Assembly (NCBI GenBank): GCA_905250005.1
Contig: CAJNOH010000428.1
Coordinates: 50,509-62,921 of the forward strand
Direction of reading: 5' to 3'
Length of the DNA: 12,413 bases
DNA from: Rotaria sordida
Taxonomy: Eukaryota
Shown: positions 8,006-12,413 of the stretch, piece by piece
How the letters are laid out: the number at the start of each line of letters is the position of its first letter
How positions within the stretch are numbered: the first letter of the stretch is position 1
Notes under the pieces: generated by a model
What the model was told of the DNA's origin: nothing
Databases searched by the model: none
Seen by the model: only the letters and a program-made list of their open reading frames with translations
Translations under genes and position numbers: made by a program

Positions 8006-8721
8006 AATCTAAAAGCAGCGTTAACACAATTATTCGATCAACATGTTTACTTTTCTAGTGAACATTTATCAGGAGCATATGCATCGATCGATTCTTCAAT
8101 ACTTTCAGCTTTACATCTTCTCATTCAATTACAAAAAGAAAATTTTGATGTTGTTATTGTTGCACCAGGTTTATTATCATTACAAACACCTATTGAATTG
8201 TCGAAACGTCAATCAAGTTGGCATATACTTTTTTTTCGAAATATATTCATTTTCAAATAGTAGTTCCTTAAATCAAGTTGAATCTTCATCAGCGAACTTA
8301 ACAATAAAGGAATATTTCTATTTTGGTCCGAATATAATCAATGGTGAATTCAATTCAACCGAATTAATGAATCGATTTGATTTTGAAAATTTTGCTTTAA
8401 ATGATCATATTGAAGAATTACTTCAACCATTTAGAATAAATATTAAAGTGGAAGAATATCCTTTATTAACCGTTCCTTTCATACGAGTGAAATCATCGGT
8501 AACATGGTCTATAAGATACTCAATTACTCGGATATGATTCCAATGATACTAAACCTGAACAAAAAATAATTCTATTTAATACAAACGCTATGCATGTATT
8601 ATCTTGGTTACGAGAACATGTATCAATCAAATGAAATTATAAACAAACAACATTACTTTATCAGAATCATATTATTGATCCTTATCTAAGTTGGATTGGA
8701 ATTTCCACAGATTTAACGTAG
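8006..8721 (+). pseudogene. Unidentified protein-coding remnant, later pieces, with a probable small intron, frameshift and in-frame stop
   Basis: Frame 2, from 8006: NLKAALTQLFDQHVYFSSEHLSGAYASIDSSILSALHLLIQLQKENFDVVIVAPGLLSLQTPIELSKRQS. Frame 0, from about 8278: ESSSANLTIKEYFYFGPNIINGEFNSTELMNRFDFENFALNDHIEELLQPFRINIKVEEYPLLTVPFIRVKSSVTWSIRYSI. Frame 1, from about 8524: LLGYDSNDTKPEQKIILFNTNAMHVLSWLREHVSIK, TGA (8632-8634), NYKQTTLLYQNHIIDPYLSWIGISTDLT*. Confidence 0.55.
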
Positions 8722-10021
8722 AGCATCTATAAACAAATAATATCTAACTATTCTACTCTATTGCCAGATCAGCCTGCACTAAATGCTTCTCTTCACACAT
8801 TGATATTTACGTACATTATTTTCTTTCATTTTCTCTTATTGTTAGTTCGAATTCAAATCAAGTTAAATATAATTTTAAAAAAAAACTTTTAAAAATAATT
8901 TGATCTATTTCGTGGCAGAATTTGTATAGGTATATCTAGACAAATACCAGACAAAAGAGTAGAAATTCTACTAGATCATCCTAAAACTATACTTTACTCG
9001 AATAATGTCGTTTATTTTAGAAGATCAATTTCTTCTATGCAATCACTTGGTTGTTATGCCACTCGACGCTTTTAATATTCTGATAAACAAGATAATCCTA
9101 CAGACTATGGATTCTTCATGTAATATCCATTTCGACACTCTTATTTATATTGTTCTTTCTTTCTCGTATCAAGTTTATTACGTTTATGTCTATTATTGTA
9201 TTCTGTCTGACATAAATGATGACATCTGCTACCAATATCTTGCGTAACATGCTCGTTATTTTCATACGAAATCTATCAGTTCTAATGTGTTCATTTTCTG
9301 CTTATCATACGTGCAAATTTAAATTATGCTCATTTCAACAACTTACGTCTTTCTACAGTCGATTTGCTCTAAAGAATTAAACAGAAATAAAAATCAGAAA
9401 ACGAATCATATTTCGTACAGTTCATAGTACTAAATCAATGATTTTCTCCTTTCAAAGATTGAATATAAAACATACTATGCATTTTGTTACCGATGAGTAG
9501 ACCTGCAGACTGATTCATTATTCGTGTTTATTAGAAAACGTTTGTTTTTATATTTCAACTTCATTTTAGTACATCTATTGATCAGTAGTACTGCGAATGA
9601 ATTTGGAACTTTTATACATTTATTGTCGATAAAAACTATCAAAAATCAGTAATTATATGCCTTCGATCAATTTTCACCACATTCGTTTGATTTTATAGGT
9701 TTGTAACGGACGACCAAAGAAAGAAACAAACCACGTGGATAAAATTCAGACGCAATTTTTGCGATGTTTATGCACCTATGTGCGATTCTCGCTTTTTTTT
9801 CTTCTGCGCTTCACATAGGTGTAAAATATATCTCTAGGGTTTCTTTTCGTTACGACGCTCAGACCAAAACAGAAGATATTTTTATCGTCGCTTTCTTTGC
9901 TCGACGTGTCTATTACATGCGCAACATTGCCTACGAACATATGCCTTTCTCGAGCTAAATATATGATGTTTTTCTTTCTTTTCATATTAATAATACGACA
10001 AAAAAAGAACACTTCTTTTAG

Positions 10022-11239
10022 ATGGCTAATATATCGGTTTTTGAAATTTTACCAGAAGAAATTCGATTACACGTATTTCAATATTTGAGCTATGTCGATA
10101 TTGTCTATTCTTTCTTTAATCTTAATACTCGTCTCAATACAACAATAACTAATGTTTGTAATCAAATGAATCTCAGTGGTATTACCTATCAACAATTCGA
10201 TTGTCTTATTTCGAATATATTACCTCAAATAGGCCCGAATATACGATCATTTGTAGTCAATGAACACTGGTCTAATTTTATATCAAATAAATTACATCCG
10301 ATGCGCTTCAAATTTGATTTGTCGTCAATGTTCCCAAATCTACACACGTTAGTACTTGATTGCTTTACTGAAGTAGATCTGCTTGAATTTATTGATGATA
10401 TAAGAGATCTCAAGCAGCTTGTGAAACTTGTTGTAAAACGTCTTGATGGTAAAGGCTCATACGAATTATTAGGAAAGGTTTTGACTGCTAATAATTGTCG
10501 ACTTAAATCAGTATTGTTCGATTATGACTCTCTCTATTTATCTCTGAATACGAATAATGAAAAAGTTTCGTATCCGAACATTGAAGAATTGACACTGAAC
10601 TTGATTAATTGCGACATGATAGGAAACTTGTTCCAACTTGTACCTAATATTCATCGTTTGAAAATAACTTTCGGAGAATCTCCAGGTGTATCACTAACAA
10701 GTTTAATGAGTGCACCATCGCTGATTCATCTGAAGGAGTTCGAGTTGCATTCAATCGGTATGTTTTGGGAATTAAGCCACATCGCTGATATTTTACGTAA
10801 GATGCCATCTTTACACAAGCTAACGCTCGATCTATCTACAGATGACAAACGTGTTGTTAATGGACAAAATCTTGTCACCATTCTACCATCATCTTTGGTT
10901 GAGATTCAATTGTGCATTCTTTATTATTTCTCAGAATCACAAGTCAAGATGGATAGTTTGACTGCGACATGGCCAAATCATATTCCAATATCATGTTGGT
11001 TACATGAATTCCAGAATTATGCTATTATTCATACAATACCGTATAACGTATTTTCAATAGTAGTACCGGGATCTATAGGCAAATATATGATGTCTGGTTG
11101 GAAATATATGCAGCCAGTAGAATATTTAAAGATTTATGGAGAATCATCTTCTATTGATGTACTAATGATTGTGCAACATTTCTATCGACTCCGAAAACTC
11201 AATATTAATATAAGAAATGATTCAGAAGAACGTATGTAA
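10022..11239 (+). CDS. F-box-domain-like protein with leucine-rich C-terminal region (405 aa, single exon)
   Basis: Longest ORF in the window, with an ATG start and TAA stop. The N-terminus ISVFEILPEEIRLHVFQYLSYVDIVYSFFNLNTRLNTTI fits an F-box (LPxEhhxxhFxYLsxxDhhxxF). Downstream LRR-like segments include FPNLHTLVLDCF, YPNIEELTLNLINC and MPSLHKLTLDL. Confidence 0.8.
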   Translation: MANISVFEILPEEIRLHVFQYLSYVDIVYSFFNLNTRLNTTITNVCNQMNLSGITYQQFDCLISNILPQIGPNIRSFVVNEHWSNFISNKLHPMRFKFDLSSMFPNLHTLVLDCFTEVDLLEFIDDIRDLKQLVKLVVKRLDGKGSYELLGKVLTANNCRLKSVLFDYDSLYLSLNTNNEKVSYPNIEELTLNLINCDMIGNLFQLVPNIHRLKITFGESPGVSLTSLMSAPSLIHLKEFELHSIGMFWELSHIADILRKMPSLHKLTLDLSTDDKRVVNGQNLVTILPSSLVEIQLCILYYFSESQVKMDSLTATWPNHIPISCWLHEFQNYAIIHTIPYNVFSIVVPGSIGKYMMSGWKYMQPVEYLKIYGESSSIDVLMIVQHFYRLRKLNINIRNDSEERM

Positions 11240-12413
11240 CTTTCATACAAGTACTATTTATTTCAAAGAGTGCGTGTATTAGCAGCTTAGGCTATTCGTC
11301 ATAAATAGAAGTGAAACGAGGAGTGAATTTATAATTCATGCTCATTGAATGAACATTCGTAAACAAATGAGTTAGATAAAACATAAAATCTTGCAGAAAA
11401 TGAGCTGGTATTTGAAGTCTATCTTTTATCCATCGATGTTAACGTGGTTCTAGGGACTACGAGGATCTAATAGCTCAAGATTTCTTAGGATGTATTATAT
11501 ATCATGGTACTTCAGCATATCCCACCCTCATATTTTATCGAATACATGATATACTGCATCAAATATTTTAGCTAGAATGAACAAAGTTTTACATATGACG
11601 TTCACGTATAATGACTTCATTGGTTGAGATTCAATTTCTAACGAAATTTTGCATGGTATTTCATCTCGAAAATGTACCAATATTTATATAATCGACGTTT
11701 TTAGTATTCATGTATGCATACGATTCACAGCGCGTAATACATATTGTACATGAGTCTATTACTTTTTTTTATTTATATGAACAAATATTTTGGACATCTT
11801 TGATATTTGAACTCTTCATCGATTCAAAATTCTAAGCAACTAAACAAACTTTTCGAAACATTTAACCAGTATCGCTAAGATACTTAGCGAATACTTTTAA
11901 AAATTCTCTTAGAGAACATACTAGAATCGTCTCGTCAAAACAGATATCTTTATTCCAGTTGGATAGAATCTTAGCAGTTTATTTTTCATCAGGATTTTAT
12001 ATTAACACTCTCAGACTATGCCATAAGATTTCTTTTCTAAATTCTCCCATTGACATACGAATCTATTGAAATGTATTATAAAATATTTGTAGTGTTCAAC
12101 ATTTTTCTTCCTTATAGCGTTCTTACGCAATACGAATACAATATTATCGATGAGTGGCGAATGATACTTTTGAATACGATTCGAAATTATTCTGATGCTA
12201 CAGATTTCTTATCTACTGTTTTATATTTGATGTGAAGTCAAAGTATTGAATCAAGGTAAAAGTGAAAAGGTGATATCCTTCGATTTAGCTTCATCTACGC
12301 ACTTTTTCTGCCTATTATCATGATATCAGTTTGTTCAATGTTCATATCGTTGGAAAGAGCAAATCTACACGTATTTCCTAATAATTTATAGAGAAATAGA
12401 GAAGTGATATGCT

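Noticed and set aside
9731-9738. CCACGTGG E-box-like palindrome about 290 bp upstream of the F-box-like ORF
   Set aside because: An 8-bp motif alone is not evidence of regulation. Mentioned only as a possible site to test.
9764-10088. ORFs 9764..9958, 9776..10012(-) and 9897..10088
   Set aside because: Short, mutually overlapping, in AT-rich sequence immediately upstream of the F-box-like gene. No family features.
12050-12235. ORF MTYESIEMYYKIFVVFNIF...
   Set aside because: 61 aa with a TTG start and no recognisable domain; consistent with chance in AT-rich DNA.

Overview
This is an AT-rich eukaryotic window. It looks subtelomeric and bdelloid-rotifer-like, an inference from the TGTGGG-type telomere repeat plus the style of the GPCR and F-box genes. 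It starts with two short telomere-like arrays in opposite orientation, (GGGTGT)7 then (CACCCA)n, separated by about 16 nt. Next comes about 800 bp of a degenerate, dyad-symmetric short repeat. The only convincingly intact protein gene is a single-exon 405-aa F-box-like ORF at 10022-11239. I reconstruct a decayed rhodopsin-like 7TM receptor at about 5438-6470 with three separate apparent lesions: a 90-bp foldback/MITE-like insertion with a 6-bp target-site duplication, a 1-nt frameshift, and an in-frame TGA. The supplied ORF track labels the first GPCR piece (5573..5863) as minus strand, but its protein reads from the plus strand. A second, unidentified, fragmented coding remnant spans about 7136-8721. 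Other structures are a 131-bp palindromic minisatellite (four forward and four inverted 11-bp units, closed by 21-bp perfect arms) embedded in interstitial telomere-like sequence at 3114-3333, and a degenerate GACTAGTC-palindrome repeat field at about 4930-5290. I found no CRISPR array, rRNA or tRNA, operon, or bacterial-type defence system.
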